Assembly (NCBI RefSeq): GCF_004010195.1
Contig: NC_057719.1
Location: 22,652,252 to 22,715,963 of the forward strand
From: Chiloscyllium plagiosum
Lineage: Eukaryota
Reading direction: 5' to 3'
Length of the DNA stretch: 63,712 bases
Below the pieces are notes generated by a model, which saw nothing but the letters and a program-made list of their open reading frames with translations, ran no database searches and had not been told where the DNA came from. This document shows positions 48,958 to 61,599 of the stretch, piece by piece; position 1 is the first letter of the stretch, and each line of letters opens with the position of its first letter. Both the position numbers and the translations under genes were made by a program.

Positions 48958-49022
48958 GGGCGGCACGGTGGCACAGTGGTTAGCACTGCTGCCTCACAGC
49001 GCCTGAGACCCGGGTTCAATTC
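48958..49022 (+). mobile_element. HE1 SINE head only
   Basis: GGGCGGCACGGTGGCACAGTGGTTAGCACTGCTGCCTCACAGCGCC...GGGTTCAATT, then truncated. Confidence 0.85.
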
Positions 49023-49029
49023 AAGAAAG

Positions 49030-49675
49030 CATACCGCATGCTTGTTTTCATTGGTCAAGGCATCGAGTATAATAATTGTCGAGTCATTTTGTAGCAGTAT
49101 AGAACTGTAGTTAGGCTACACTTGGAATATTGCGTATAGTTCTGGTTGCCACACTACCCGAAGAATGTAGAGGCTTTAGAGAGGGCATAGGAACGGTTTA
49201 CCAGGATGTTGCCTGGTTTGAAGGGTAATAGCTTTGAGGATAGATTAGATAGCCTGATTTGTTTTCACTCAAATATCAAAGTATGGGAGGGAGGGGGTAG
49301 GTGTGGACCTGTAGAAGTTTACAAAATTGTAGGAGGCATGGATAGAATGAATAGTCGGAGGCTTTTCCTCAGACTACAAAATTCAGTTACTAGCAGACAT
49401 AGGCTTTGGGTAAAGGGGTAAGCTTAAAGGAGATATGAGAGGGAAGTGTTTTACACAGTGAGTGGTAAGTGTCTGGAATGCACAGTCAGAGGAGGTAGTG
49501 GAGGCAAATACAATAGCAAGATTTAAGAGATATCTTTACAGATACATGAATAGGTAGTGAATAGAGGGATACTGGTAACATAGATCTAAAAGATATCTTG
49601 TGCTGGCACATTCTTGGTGGTCCAAAGGGCCTGGTTCTGTGCTGTACTATTCTTTGTTGCACTCTTTGTTCTTCA
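49030..49675 (+). mobile_element. CR1 3' fragment
   Basis: VRLHLEYCV*FW and FTRMLPGL motifs followed by a CR1 tail. Confidence 0.82.
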
Positions 49676-50321
49676 TAGATTCTGATAAACATCATTTAGT
49701 ATTCCCCAGGAAGCAATACCAAGTCATTCCATGTGGAAAGTGTAATGGCAAATAGACTGAAGGGGCTGTATCTGTGCTGTGTGACTTTGAGTGGGTGAGG
49801 ATTCAATGTGCTGAGGCTGGTCTGGTGTGGGTGAGTGGAAATGCTCATAAACCACAGAGAAGGGTTTGGATTACTGAGCTTTGGCAGTGGGTACATGTCC
49901 GGAGAGTTAATGAGAACGCCATCATCAAGGGTTCATCAACTTTCTGTTAGTTCTTTACCAGTAGATGCTACACTGACCAATTCCCGAAGGAACGACAATC
50001 TAACCAGTGGAAATAACTTTTAATTAGATTTCCCTGTGTGAATCAACAATTAATTAGCTTGGAGTTTGTGCAAAAACTAAAAGTGCACAGAAGGGGAACA
50101 ATTGATTAGTCCCCTGAGGCTATGTAATAGCAGCTACTTATCAGCCACCTGCCCATTCTACCTGGGGGGTCAGACAGTTCATAAGGAAATGGCCCCCTCT
50201 TGTAATTGGCAGTTTGAAACCAGATCATTAATTTGAGAGAAAAAGCACAGATGTAACACCTTTATGAGCAGTTCATCGGTGTTTGGCTTTCCTGTACTAC
50301 AGTGGCCATTTTGGCTCCAAG

Positions 50322-51085
50322 ATGTCATGGAGCTGTACAGCACGGAAACAGTCCCTTTGGTCCAATACGTCCATGTAAACCAAATGTTCTAAATTAATCT
50401 AGTCCTATTTGCCAGCACTTGGCCCATATCTCTCTAAACCCTTCTTATTCATATACCCATCCAGATGCCTTTTAAATGTTGTAACTGTACACTCTCCATC
50501 ACTTCTTCATTCCATACATACACCACCCTCTATGAGAAAACGTTGCCACTTAGGTCCCTTTGAAATTTTTCCCCTCTCATCTGAAATCTACCCCCCTCAA
50601 TTTTGAACTCCCCTGGGAAAAAGACCTTGGCCATTCATCGTATTCATGCCCCTCAAGATTTTATAAATCTCTATAATGTCACCCCTCAGCCTCTGACATT
50701 CCATGGAAAAAAGCCCTGCCTATTCAGCCACTCCCGATAGTTCAAACCCTCCAAACCTCGCAACACCCTTGTAAATCTTTTCTGCTTTCTTTCAAGTTTA
50801 ACAATATCTTTCCTATCAAAGTGAGACTAGAATTGAATGCAGTATTCCAAAACTGGCCTATCCAATGTCCTGTACAGACACAGCATGACATCCCAACTCC
50901 TATACTTGATGTACCGACTAATAAAGGCAAGCGTAGCAATGCCTTCTTCCCTACCCTGTGTATTTGAGAATCCACTTTAAAGGAACTATGAACCTGCATC
51001 TCAGGATCCTACCATTATGTGTATAAGTGCTGTCCTGATTTGCCTTACTAAAACGCAACACCTAATATTTATCTAAATTCAACTC
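50322..51085 (-). mobile_element. CR1/HER1 3' fragment
   Basis: Same subfamily tail as 17761 and 33087. ORF 50742..50999 begins QVHSSFKVDSQI. Confidence 0.85.
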
Positions 51086-51239
51086 CTGTTACCCCTGGCA
51101 GACAAAGTTTAATTTTCTCCTTTTTAGAAAGAGAATCAGTCTGGGGTACAGACTGGGGTACAGACAGCCTCACACCTTCAGTCCATTATCTGAGCAGCCA
51201 TGGCACCTGTTGTTAAAGTTCACTTGACAAAGTAACCTA

Positions 51240-51530
51240 AAAAAAAGTTCTGATTTACATATGAAATAACTGAAACCAACATGGTAATTCTAAAAGATGA
51301 GAGACTTAACAAACAATCTAGGTCTTTTTCAATATATAATTTCAGTTGCATCACACAGTGAACATTTGCTATAAATTCTGTGTCTTACAATCTTATACTC
51401 CACAACCACGTGATGAAGGAGCAGCACTCCAAAAGCTAATCATGCTAAATAAACCTATTGGATGATAACCTGGTGTTGTATGATTTTTAACTTTGTCCTT
51501 CCCAGTCCAACACCAGCACCTCCAAATCAT
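51240..51530 (+). mobile_element. PLE 3' end (second family)
   Basis: Homologous to 31722-31840, with a decayed HHR GTGATGAAGGAGCAGCACTCCAAAAGCTA at about 51410-51438. Confidence 0.8.
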
Positions 51531-52069
51531 TTCTTCACTGTCCACTACACCACTGATTTTGGTGTCATCTATTCTCCATTGTATTTAGATTCCACTAGCT
51601 GCCATTCTGGAATTTAAACCTGTTTGTCCCAGCATTTGAACTTGGTCTCTGAATTGCTAGTCCAGTGGCATTATCATGAAGCCACTATCTCCCCAAGACT
51701 AACACAAGTGCTATTTGTAACATTTGCCAGTCACTGTCGTGTAAGGGTCTGTATACTCCAAGAGAGTGGAGTATACAGATTCTTGAGAAAGAAGTTAACA
51801 GACCAATCAAGTGACTTTTTCACAGTGTGAACAGATAGTGATTGCAAATATATCACTGTGCAGATGCCACATGTTAGTCCTGCAGTTTACTGCAAGTAAA
51901 AGACATTCCTCGTGCTTTGTGGTGCTATGAATGTTGGCAGATTATGGCTCTTGAAGATACATTCACTGACCATGATCACTCATGTGACATTATTGAACAT
52001 TTTGTGGCACTGCATCCAGACCCTTGGATAGTTTATTAATTGTTTTGTGCAATGTAAGTGTTATATCCT

Positions 52070-53390
52070 ATCAGTATTTGCCCTTGAAAAGATGGAGTTG
52101 AGCTACTTTCTTTAATCTCTGTGTTCCATGTACTTTAGGTACACCCATAGTACAGTTAGGAAGAGAGTTGCAGGAGTTTGACCTATGACAGTGAAGGAAC
52201 AGTGATACAGTTCCAAGTCAGCATGGTATATGGCTGGGAAGGTCGTCATAAATATTAGTGCTCCCATGCATTTGCTGTCCTTGTTCTTTTAGATACTCTT
52301 GGCCCACTCACTTTGACTTCCTTCATCCATGACCTTCCCTCCATGTTTGCTGCTGATTACAGTGTTTGGCATTATTCTTTCATGAATCCTCAGATACTGA
52401 AGCGGTCCAAGCCTTATGGAACAAAACCTCTTACAATATTAGGTGGATTAGGTATGCTAAATTGCCCATAGTGTCCAATGAAATGCAGGCTACGTAGATT
52501 AGCCATGGGAAATGCATGGTTAAAGGAATAAGGTTGGGATGTGGGTCTAGATGGAATGCTCTTCAGAGGGTCAGTGTGGAATTGATGAGCTGAGTGGCCT
52601 GCTTCCACACTGTGGGGATTCTCTGATTCTATGATATAACGTGTTCAATTCTGTCCAGACTTGAGCTGAGCAGTGACAAGTAACATTTGTGCTACACATG
52701 CGCCAAGCAATGATCAACACAAACGCAAGAGAATATAACCATTGGCCTTTGCCATTCAATGGTCGCCGCATCATTGAAACCCCCAGTATCAATATCCTGG
52801 GTGCTACGTTTGATCAGAAGTTGCATCCTGGCTACCAAAGCAGGTCAAAGGCTAGGAGTCACTCATTTCTTGGTTTCCCAAAACTATCCACCATCTACAA
52901 GGCATAAGTCAGAAATGTGATGGATGAATGCAGCTCCATCAACACTCAACAAGCTTGGAACCATCCAGAACATAGCATCATGTTTAATTGATACCATCTA
53001 AACAAACATCTACTTCTTCCACCATTGATGTACAGTCCCACCAGTGTGTGTCACCTGCAAGATGTACTGCAGAAATTCATTAATGATCTTTAAAGAACAC
53101 CTTCTAAACCCATAACCACTTCCATTGGAAAGACAAGGGCAGTAGATACATGAAAATACCACCACCTGCAATCTCTCCTCCAAGCCACTCACCATACTGA
53201 TTTGGAAATATATCACTGTCCATTCAGTGGGTCAATGATGGGTCAAAATCCTGGAACACCTTCCCAATGATGGAATTTTGGGTCTAACCACAGCCCATAG
53301 GCTGTAGTGTTCAAGAAGACAGCTCATCACTCGAGATGGGCAATAATTGTTGGACCAAGCTGTAAACACCCAACTCCCGCAAAGAAAAAG
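52070..53390. mobile_element. Second-family LINE fragments (minus about 52070-52290, plus about 52300-53390) with an HE1 3' half at about 52441-52635
   Basis: FIHDLPS...FAADY RT motif and the shared 3' tail. The HE1 piece contains GCTAAATTGCCCATAGTGT. Confidence 0.65.
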
Positions 53391-53952
53391 GTTCTTTTAA
53401 ATCTTTTCTGTCTCCTGTCTGATGCATTTTAATCGTTCCTAAGACTCGAGTGTTCAGAATTGGACATAATACTCCAGATGAGGCTGACCCATTGTCTTTA
53501 TAAAGATTTATCAGAATTTCTTTTCTATTTTATGCAGTTATTCAGAAAGCCAAAACATATTTTCCTAACTACAAATCTAACTCAGAGTACAATGGTGAGC
53601 ATTCAGATTTTAACCCCAATGCCATCACGTCACTAACATTGAAGGTTCCATGGATAAAACCATGCTTTGATATAATTGTGCCCTTGTACACAAACCTCCT
53701 TGTGAAGGTAAAGCAGAGTGCTGTATGTACACATTCTATTTAAATGTCAGTGGTGCTAAATTGAGATCTAATTTTTCTGAAAAAGGCAGGTTGTGAATGG
53801 AAAATAGAAATAATCAGGCTTAACTTTCCATTTTTATTTCATATTGGAGAGAGGGAGAGAGAGACAATATTCTAGATAATTCAGGCTGCAACCACACCCC
53901 ATGGTCTTAAGCATCTCAGATCTCCACTGACTTACTAAACAAACCTGCTGCT

Positions 53953-54219
53953 AGGTAAAAACAATGACTGCAGATGCTGGAAACCAGATTCTGGATTAGT
54001 GGTACTGGAAGAGCACAGCAGTTCAGGCAGCATCCGAGGAGCAGTAAAATCGACGTTTCGGGCAAAAGCCCTTGAACAAGGGTGAGGTGGGGGAAGGGGA
54101 AATGAGGAAACTATTGAAGTTCACATTGATGTCCTGGGGTTGAAGTGTTCCGAGGCGAAAGATGAGGCATTCTTCCTCATGGTGGTGAGGGAGCGGCGGT
54201 GAAGGAGGCCCAGGACCTG
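53953..54219 (-). mobile_element. PLE 3' fragment
   Basis: Reverse-complemented pLTR plus EEECLIFRLGTLQPQDINVNF (ORF 54023..54283). Confidence 0.85.
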
Positions 54220-55440
54220 ATGCTTTTACACAGTTAAGGTTCGATTTTGTGAATTCATCCTCCTGCTGTGGAGCTTTGTGCATTAGCAGTGCACATTACA
54301 AATGCAGGCACGAAGCTATTAATTCTAAAAAATGGGCACCCCTGTGAAATCTGCCAGCCACCTCACTCAGATTCCAAAATTGCACTTCCAACATGGAAAT
54401 CCCTGCTTGCAGAGTGCAAATTTATAAAATTGATCCAGCGGTTGTAAAATTTGGTAGGAGTGTAGAAAAGATGACAACATTTGGGCATCCATTATACATC
54501 GTGCCCAAATTTCACTAAATATCAGATAGAATGCTTGCAGGCAGCCTGTCCAACTTCACTCATCCTCCACACTGCCAGAGGTGAAGGTTTTAATCTCCTC
54601 AGAAATTCATGTGAGAAAGTAATCCTGGCAGTTACAAGATCACACTGAGCAAGGACTTTCTTCCATTGATTCCCGATGGCATATGCAGAATCGGAGAGTT
54701 CACCACGTTTTCCTGAGGTTGATGGCAACCATAAGGTTGATAACCTATAGATTATCTTGGCCATCATTTATATATGTTCTAAGTCCAAATAGTCGATAAT
54801 TCTGTTGGCACTCTATTTGTTAAGTTAAAGCTTTGTTGATGCTTATGCTATATTTTCTTGTGACTCATAGTCATTTTGTTTGATTGGCAATGATAAATAT
54901 ATTGTTCCTGTGAATGGAGCTTTACGAATTGGCGCTAATCTTGGCATATTTTCCCTTACCTCTGCTGTGCCTAAGTGAAAAGGGGCGAATCTGCTCCCTT
55001 CTTTTTAATTCCCTCTGGCGGAAACAAAAAATTTTAAAACCTTTTTATCATGCAGCTTACCTCACTTGATTAGAAATATAATTCACCAGTTCATAAGGAT
55101 CAAATGTCAGCCAGTTATAAAGTTTTCTTGTTTGAAAGATAAAGCAGTTTTAATACTTGCCAAATCAAGAAATTAATAAATCAAAATGAGACAGCAAACA
55201 TGTACTCACACGCGAATATTAAGTTTAAAAAAGGGAGAGAGCCAAATATAAAATGGGTGATTAGAAAATGTGCAGGATAAAAGTCTTTACAGTCTCCTTG
55301 GATTATTAACTTTTAAATTCAGACTGCAGTCAGTTAAAATTATGTCTTGCACTTTCAGCAGCTGTGAATGTTGAGATAGCATTGAGTTCTTAGGAAAAGG
55401 TTAATTTTCCAATTGGCTTTATCAAGGATTGAATCATTTG

Positions 55441-55492
55441 AGAGAGACTGAGAGGAAACGGAGAAAGAGCAAGAGAGAGAGAGAAAAAAAAA
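55441..55492 (+). repeat. GA-rich low-complexity tract
   Basis: AGAGAG-rich run followed by an A-run. Confidence 0.7.
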
Positions 55493-56139
55493 TTCTCCCT
55501 ATGTCCAGATGCAAATATGTTGCTCTACCAAGGCAGCTGCTTGAAATATAGTTCATTCATGTATCCCATGCCTGGGTTCATTGTTTTCTAGGCTACATCA
55601 TTTGTAGATGATTCTTTTACCTGCAATCTACAAAACATATCCATAAAGGCTGACCTCAAAGAAGACCTCCAAATCTGAATTTCAATGCCTTTCAAAAATG
55701 TTAATTTTCAGAATCAAAAAGTCATAGATTGTTACGTGCAAAAGGATACCATTTCACCTGTTGTAAATTTTGGCACAAATTCTTTGATTATCTCGCACTG
55801 TTTTTACAAAGCTGGGTTCATCTGTGGTCATCTAATTGCTGTGGCCATTTTAAGTCTATCCCTTTCCTTTTTAAAAAGATTTTAGTCTGTGAAGGTTACA
55901 AGTATCAAAATCAGGTCAAGGAGTTTGAAAAATGATAGCCCATATTTTATCACTATCATGACATGTGTCCTGGATAAATTAACATTAGTTATAGCATTTC
56001 AATCAGGTGAAATCCAGAACAATGCAAAAATCATAATGGCAACTTTCTAATCTGTGTGACTCAGTGTTAAATCACATTTTAAAAATTGTCTTCTTTAGGT
56101 GTGGCTATTGGTAGCAAGGCTGGCATTAATGCAAGGTAA

Positions 56140-56760
56140 GAATGTAAGAAATAAGAGAGTAGTAGGCTATTTAACTCCTTCAGCCTGCTCTGTTATTCAA
56201 TAAGAGCATAGCTAATCTGCTGATAACCTCAACTCCACTTGCCTGCTGGCCCCAATAACTCTCATTTCCCCTATACCCTATCATAGACCAGAAATGTACC
56301 TCTCTCAGCCTTAAATATGATCAGTGTGCTGGCCTCCATTATTCTCAGGATTTGACAATTCCAAAAATTAAAACCCTCTGACAGAAAACATTCTTCCTTA
56401 TTCCTGCATTGAATGGTTGATCCCACTGTGCTAGCAGTTTCACGATAAGAGAATTCTGTGAGGAGACTAAAGAGATTCTCTTCTTCTTTGGTTTTTTTCT
56501 AACTTTGTCACTATTAAACCTAACTACTCTGACAGGGAAATTGTGGAATTATTGCAGGAGAAGGAGACCATTTGGCCTTCATACCTTCATCGGTTCTATT
56601 ACCTAGGGCTGCAGCTTTGCCTTTTTCCCATATCCCCCAACATCATGTCTACCCAAATTATCATCTCATGCCCTCTTGAATGTCTCAATTGAACTTGCCT
56701 CTACCACAACTTCAGGCAGTGGATTCTGGGCCATTCTCAGTCCATGGAAAGAAGAAAGCT
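56140..56760 (-). mobile_element. Two old CR1 3' ends
   Basis: Reverse-complemented tails start at about 56140 (AAGAAATAAGAGAGTAGTAGGC) and about 56545. Confidence 0.6.
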
Positions 56761-57029
56761 GTTGGTGAGTATCTCATAAATGGCTAAATTCTATACTGTT
56801 CTTAAGTTTTAAAATAATATAGGAACTGATGGTAAGGTTAGTAAACCAAATTCATTACAATATGTGACTACACAGTCATGCCAAATTGATCCAGCCATCA
56901 TGAGTTTCAGCCAATGTTCTTTGATTCATTTAAAATTTACCTTTTTTTTAAAAAAAGTTCATTGTATGAAATAGCTGATGAAATTACTATCTAACATTTG
57001 ATATGAGGACACCTTCAGAACACAGGTCT

Positions 57030-58240
57030 AAAAGAGACTATTTCCTGGTTAGTTCTAAGAATCTGTCCCAAATACATTCATAACCTCCAATGCTACTTTT
57101 GCCGATTTGCTTTGTCCAATTCACATGAAAATCACATTCGCTTGTGATTATTGTAATACCTTTCTTACAAGCTCCTATTATTTGCAATCGTTGTATAGTG
57201 TAGCTTTTGTTGGACAGTCTATAAACATCTTCCACCAGTGAATTCTTTGAATTGTTATTTCTTATCTCTATTTAAAATTGTCTTCACATCTTGATATTCT
57301 GAACCAAGATTATTTCTCAGCATTGATCTAGTGTAATCTTTGGTTAAGGGAGCTGCACTACATCCTTTTTCTTTCTGCTGATTATTTCAAAATGTTAGAT
57401 ACCCTCTGAATATTTAGTTCCCAACCTTGGTCACACTGCAACCAAGTCTTTGCAATGGCTACCTTACTGTACTCACTCATGTATATTTTTGCTATCAGTT
57501 TGTCTAATTTCTCTGGAATCCTGCATGATTTCAGAGGAAGTACCTTTAGTTCTGTATTTTTACCATTTTTCTGTACTCAGACCTTATCTACTGGCACACT
57601 CTTATTAATATATGGTCTGTTCCTTTCAGTCATAGTCTGTGTACCATTTTCCATCTTAATACTCTGCTCAGTTGCCTTTTCCTTACACAGTGACTATCAA
57701 AATTTCCCCTCAAATGACCTGTCCCCCACACCACCCACTATTTAGATTAAATACTTCTCTACAGTCCTGATCATATGGTTTGCTAGGAGACAGTTCCCAA
57801 CAAAATTCAAATAAAATTCATCTCAACATCTCAGCTCCCCTTCTTCCCTGTTCTAATGCCAATGGCCCATAAATCAAAACCAGCTTCTTGCATACTAAAC
57901 ACAAAACCGCACATTTGACTTTCTGATCTAATTTATCCTCTGCCAATTTACTTGTGGCTCAAGTATTGATGCAGAGATTATTGTCTTTGTGGTTCTGTTT
58001 TTTAATTTAGTCCTTGACTACTGATTGCCCCCGAACACATTATCTTTCTCAGTATTACCTATGCTGTTGTTACCTACATAGTTAATGATAACTGGAGACT
58101 TTCCCTCCCAGTCAAGTTCCTCTGCAGCTTCAAAGAGATGTCCTTAGCTCTGACACCAGACAGGCAACACAGCCTTTGGGATTATGCTCTTGGTTGCAGA
58201 GAACAGCGTCAATTTCTCTTAATACTCTCTCAGCAAGTTT
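57030..58240 (-). mobile_element. CR1 ORF1 end and endonuclease, decayed
   Basis: ORF 57038..57235 reads VYRLSN...DFHVNW. IAKTWLQ-like and VGNNSIG-like motifs also occur on the minus strand. Confidence 0.7.
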
Positions 58241-59491
58241 CCTTCTCAAAATGACAAGAGTGAATCAGTAACAATTGACAGCTACATGAGCATTTTTACT
58301 GATGGCTTTGTTTTATTCAAACCATTAAAAATTCTTTCAAGCTGATTTTTTTCTTTATATGTTGATGATTTGAATAATTTCAATTAACACTGCCAGATAA
58401 TTCTAGCTCTAAATCTTTTTATTTGCCCTACAGCAAAAAGAAGCAATTATAAAATGTAATATTGAATGCAGTAACCTTGCTGAAATACTTGAAACACTCT
58501 CATCAGTGTCTTAAACTGATGTATTGTATTTTGAAAAAGTGCTGAAAGACTTAAAGGAAGCTCAGTCACTAAGATCAAACAGGTGAAAGATTGCCTCAGT
58601 GCAGATCACAGTGATAAGTGATTGAGCACATTGAGCACATAATGTGCCATTGTTTCATCTGTATGCCCTATCTAGCTCGAGACAAAGTAATTGATTGCAA
58701 GAAACTTGAAGCTTGCATCTAGACTTGCAAAAACTATACTCCTTACTGAATTTAAATCATCAGCCACTATTTTCAGAAGCTAGATACATTTATTCTTAGA
58801 ACTGCAACTTGTAATGTTACTTAACTCTTGGTGCTGATGAGTGTCTTTGCCACTAGAAAGAACTGATAGATTCCTAATGATGTGTGATAGAAGCACAGTG
58901 GAATTTGGAATTTTGAAATTTCAGTAGCACAATTCTGCCTTTGGAAGAGTTCTTATGGAAATGTAACCAATTTTACTTGGTTAAAATTGTCACCGACCGT
59001 TGCCGACAATAAGAAAATGGCCTGAATAGATGAGAAAGAGTCAGGATAGCAGATATAATGAACTAGAAATAGAGATATTGACCTCAGTTCAACTGGCACA
59101 TGCCCACCACCAATCACCAGTTGATTTTTTGGCATATGCATATAGGATTTGGAGCTTCACAATATATTTAAAATCAGACTCTTCTCGTACAATTGGAAGA
59201 TCAATGTAAATTTGACTTTTTCCTTTTCAGGTGTCTGATTTGTCTCAGAATTTGGCAGCATCAGGGAGATGTAGGAGGGAAAAGTAGGAGTGCTTGTTCC
59301 TCTGACTTGTCTGTATCCATTCTCCAGTCTCCAGACCCACCTCCATCTGATTGACCTTGTCCCGCAACCCCAACTGCTTTCTAACCACCGTTCCCCCAGT
59401 TTGTCCCAATCACTTGCAAAACTCACTTGCCCTGTCTTGACTGTCAGATTCTAAATACATTTTTAGGCTTCCTTGTGTCCCCCTACTCTCT

Positions 59492-59655
59492 AGGAGAAAG
59501 GGAGGTCTGTAGGTGCTGGAGATCAGAGTCGAGAGTGTGGTGCTGGAAAAGCACAGCAGGTCAGGCAGCATCCGAGGAGCAGGAGAATCGACGTTTCAGA
59601 CCTCATGTTCCTCGGATGCTGCCTGACCAGCTATGCTTTTCCAGCAACACACTCT
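59492..59655 (-). mobile_element. Fold-back mini Penelope-like element (short)
   Basis: Inverted arms and a 14 bp TSD TCCCCCTAC(T/C)CTCT at 59478-59491 and 59656-59669. Confidence 0.85.
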
Positions 59656-59879
59656 TCCCCCTACCCTCTGCCCACGCAGTGGTTTATCAATGCATTTATT
59701 TTACCCAGTACATCGATAATCAGGATGAGGGCAACTTTCTATGTTTATGCTCTTGGCATTGAACCTTGAACATTAATCACATATATTTAAGGAAATAGCA
59801 AAGGCATGTTTCCAAATTAACACAGTTGCAGTTTCTTGTTCCAAGCTTAAACTCAGAAAAATGAGTTATACATCCAAGA

Positions 59880-60330
59880 GTTGTGCATTAAAATCTGATA
59901 ACTTTTTTCAAGGGTCCTTGCAGTCAAAGATGACCAACTTCCACTATAGTTTGATATGTTCTAAGCAACTGATAATTCCAATGCACAATGTCTGGGCCAT
60001 CTCATATGTGAGGCAGGTGATACTTGAACAGTTGAGTTAGGTGGGTTGTCTGGAGGTCTGTGTCCTCTCTCCATCTCATTGACTGGGCTTAGCTCCTCGG
60101 ATGCTGCCTGAATTGCTGTGCTCTTCCAGCACCACTGATCCAGAATCTGGTTTCCCGCATCTGCAGTTATTGTTTTCACCTTACTTCCAACAGAGTTTCT
60201 TGATATGTTGATGTCTTCCCAACTGAGTTTTCTCCATTTTGAATGAATGCAGGTCAAGGTCAACCATGAATTGATGGGCACATTTAGCCTCTTCAGGGAT
60301 GCTTTAACGATGTGCACATTGGAGGAAATT
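59880..60330 (-). mobile_element. RTE-clade LINE C-terminal fragment containing a PLE end (60092-60182, plus strand)
   Basis: ORF 59961..60317 begins IVKASLKRLNVPINSWLTLTCIHSKWRK, similar to the RTE KDTLKASLK...W..LA.DR..WR motif. Confidence 0.5.
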
Positions 60331-60398
60331 ATGAACTTGGTCTTCTATGATTGCCTCATCAGGCAGATGAGGCTCCCAAAATACAAACAATGGTCAAA

Positions 60399-60718
60399 TG
60401 GGGCAGCATGGTGGCTCAGTGGCTAGCATTGCTGCCTCACAGCGCCAGGGACCCAGGCTCGATTCCAGCCTTGGGTGGTTGTCTGTGTGGAGTTTGCACA
60501 TTGTCCCCATGTCTGTGTGGGTTTCCTCTGGTTTCTTCCAGTTTTCTCCCACAGTCCAAAGATGTGCAGGTCAGGTGAGTTGGCTATGCTAAATTGCCCA
60601 TAGCGTTAGCCACAGCATTAGTCAGAGGGAAATGGGTCTGGGTGGGTTACTCTTCGGAGGGTCGGTGTGGACTTCTTAGGCCAAAGGACCTGTTTCCACA
60701 CTGTAGGGGAATCTAATC
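60399..60718 (+). mobile_element. HE1 SINE
   Basis: A box TGGCTCAGTGG, B-box-like GGCTCGATTCC, HE1 body and AATCTAATC tail. Confidence 0.9.
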
Positions 60719-61068
60719 GTATTAGCCAGGACTTTATCATGGATTTTACTCAATGATGTTGTACTGTAGGAGCTGTTTGGAAGAAGACCATAGTTTACCA
60801 ATGTAGCCAATATGTGTTACATAAAGACTATCCAGAATTGGTATCCTACCCACACAGTCTGATCCTATTCCATATTCTGCAGAATTCCATTGATCTACTG
60901 CAAGCTGTTTATCTAAAATTGTAGTAACTTGCTTATTTTACATGGACCAGCATTTTCTGCATATTCAGCGTACTTTTTAAATACTAAGTGCAGTTCGTTT
61001 AATTCTTTTTGTTAGATTTTAAATGTTGATAGCTTGAGTTAATACTGCTCCTTGTTTGGATTTTGATG

Positions 61069-61420
61069 TTGTTACGATTCCTGTGGAGACCGATACATTT
61101 AAAAAGAAATACGAACTTCCAGTTAATAGCTGAACGGATGACATGGCAAAATACATGTACAATGACTCAAGATGTTTAGTGTAACAAATAAACTAAAGGT
61201 ACAACTGACTAAACATTATTTTTTGTAAGCAACTTGTACTTTAAACTGCAGAACAGAACTTTTAACAAACCTGATAAAAAAACACTATGAGGTATACATC
61301 ACACTGTCGTTTAAGTAAACATTCAATATTTTCAGAGTCAGTTCTAAGTGTTACAGCTCTCCAGGGTTTACTTACGTTATTTTTCTTTTTCGACCTGATG
61401 ACATCTCACCCCAGAACTGT
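61069..61420 (-). mobile_element. LTR-like fragment
   Basis: TGTTACGATTCC start, like the other TGTTA-bounded LTRs in the window. The other end was not found. Confidence 0.3.
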
Positions 61421-61599
61421 TCTCCACAGGAAGAGTGGAGGAGGCGATGATGTGGTGCTTTTCATTATTGGACTAGTAAATCAGAGACCGGGAAATGAAG
61501 AAGGTATGAATCCCAACATAATAAACTTAAAAGCTAGTGTAACCAATATCACATAACTATTGTTGTTAAAACCTCTCCTTGTTCATTAATGTCCTTGGG

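Noticed and set aside
51141..51165. CTGGGGTACAGA repeated twice
   Set aside because: A simple 12 bp slippage duplication with no further structure.
55040..55800. Possible additional minus-strand LTR
   Set aside because: The composition resembles the other LTR-like pieces, but no TG...CA ends or TSD could be placed.
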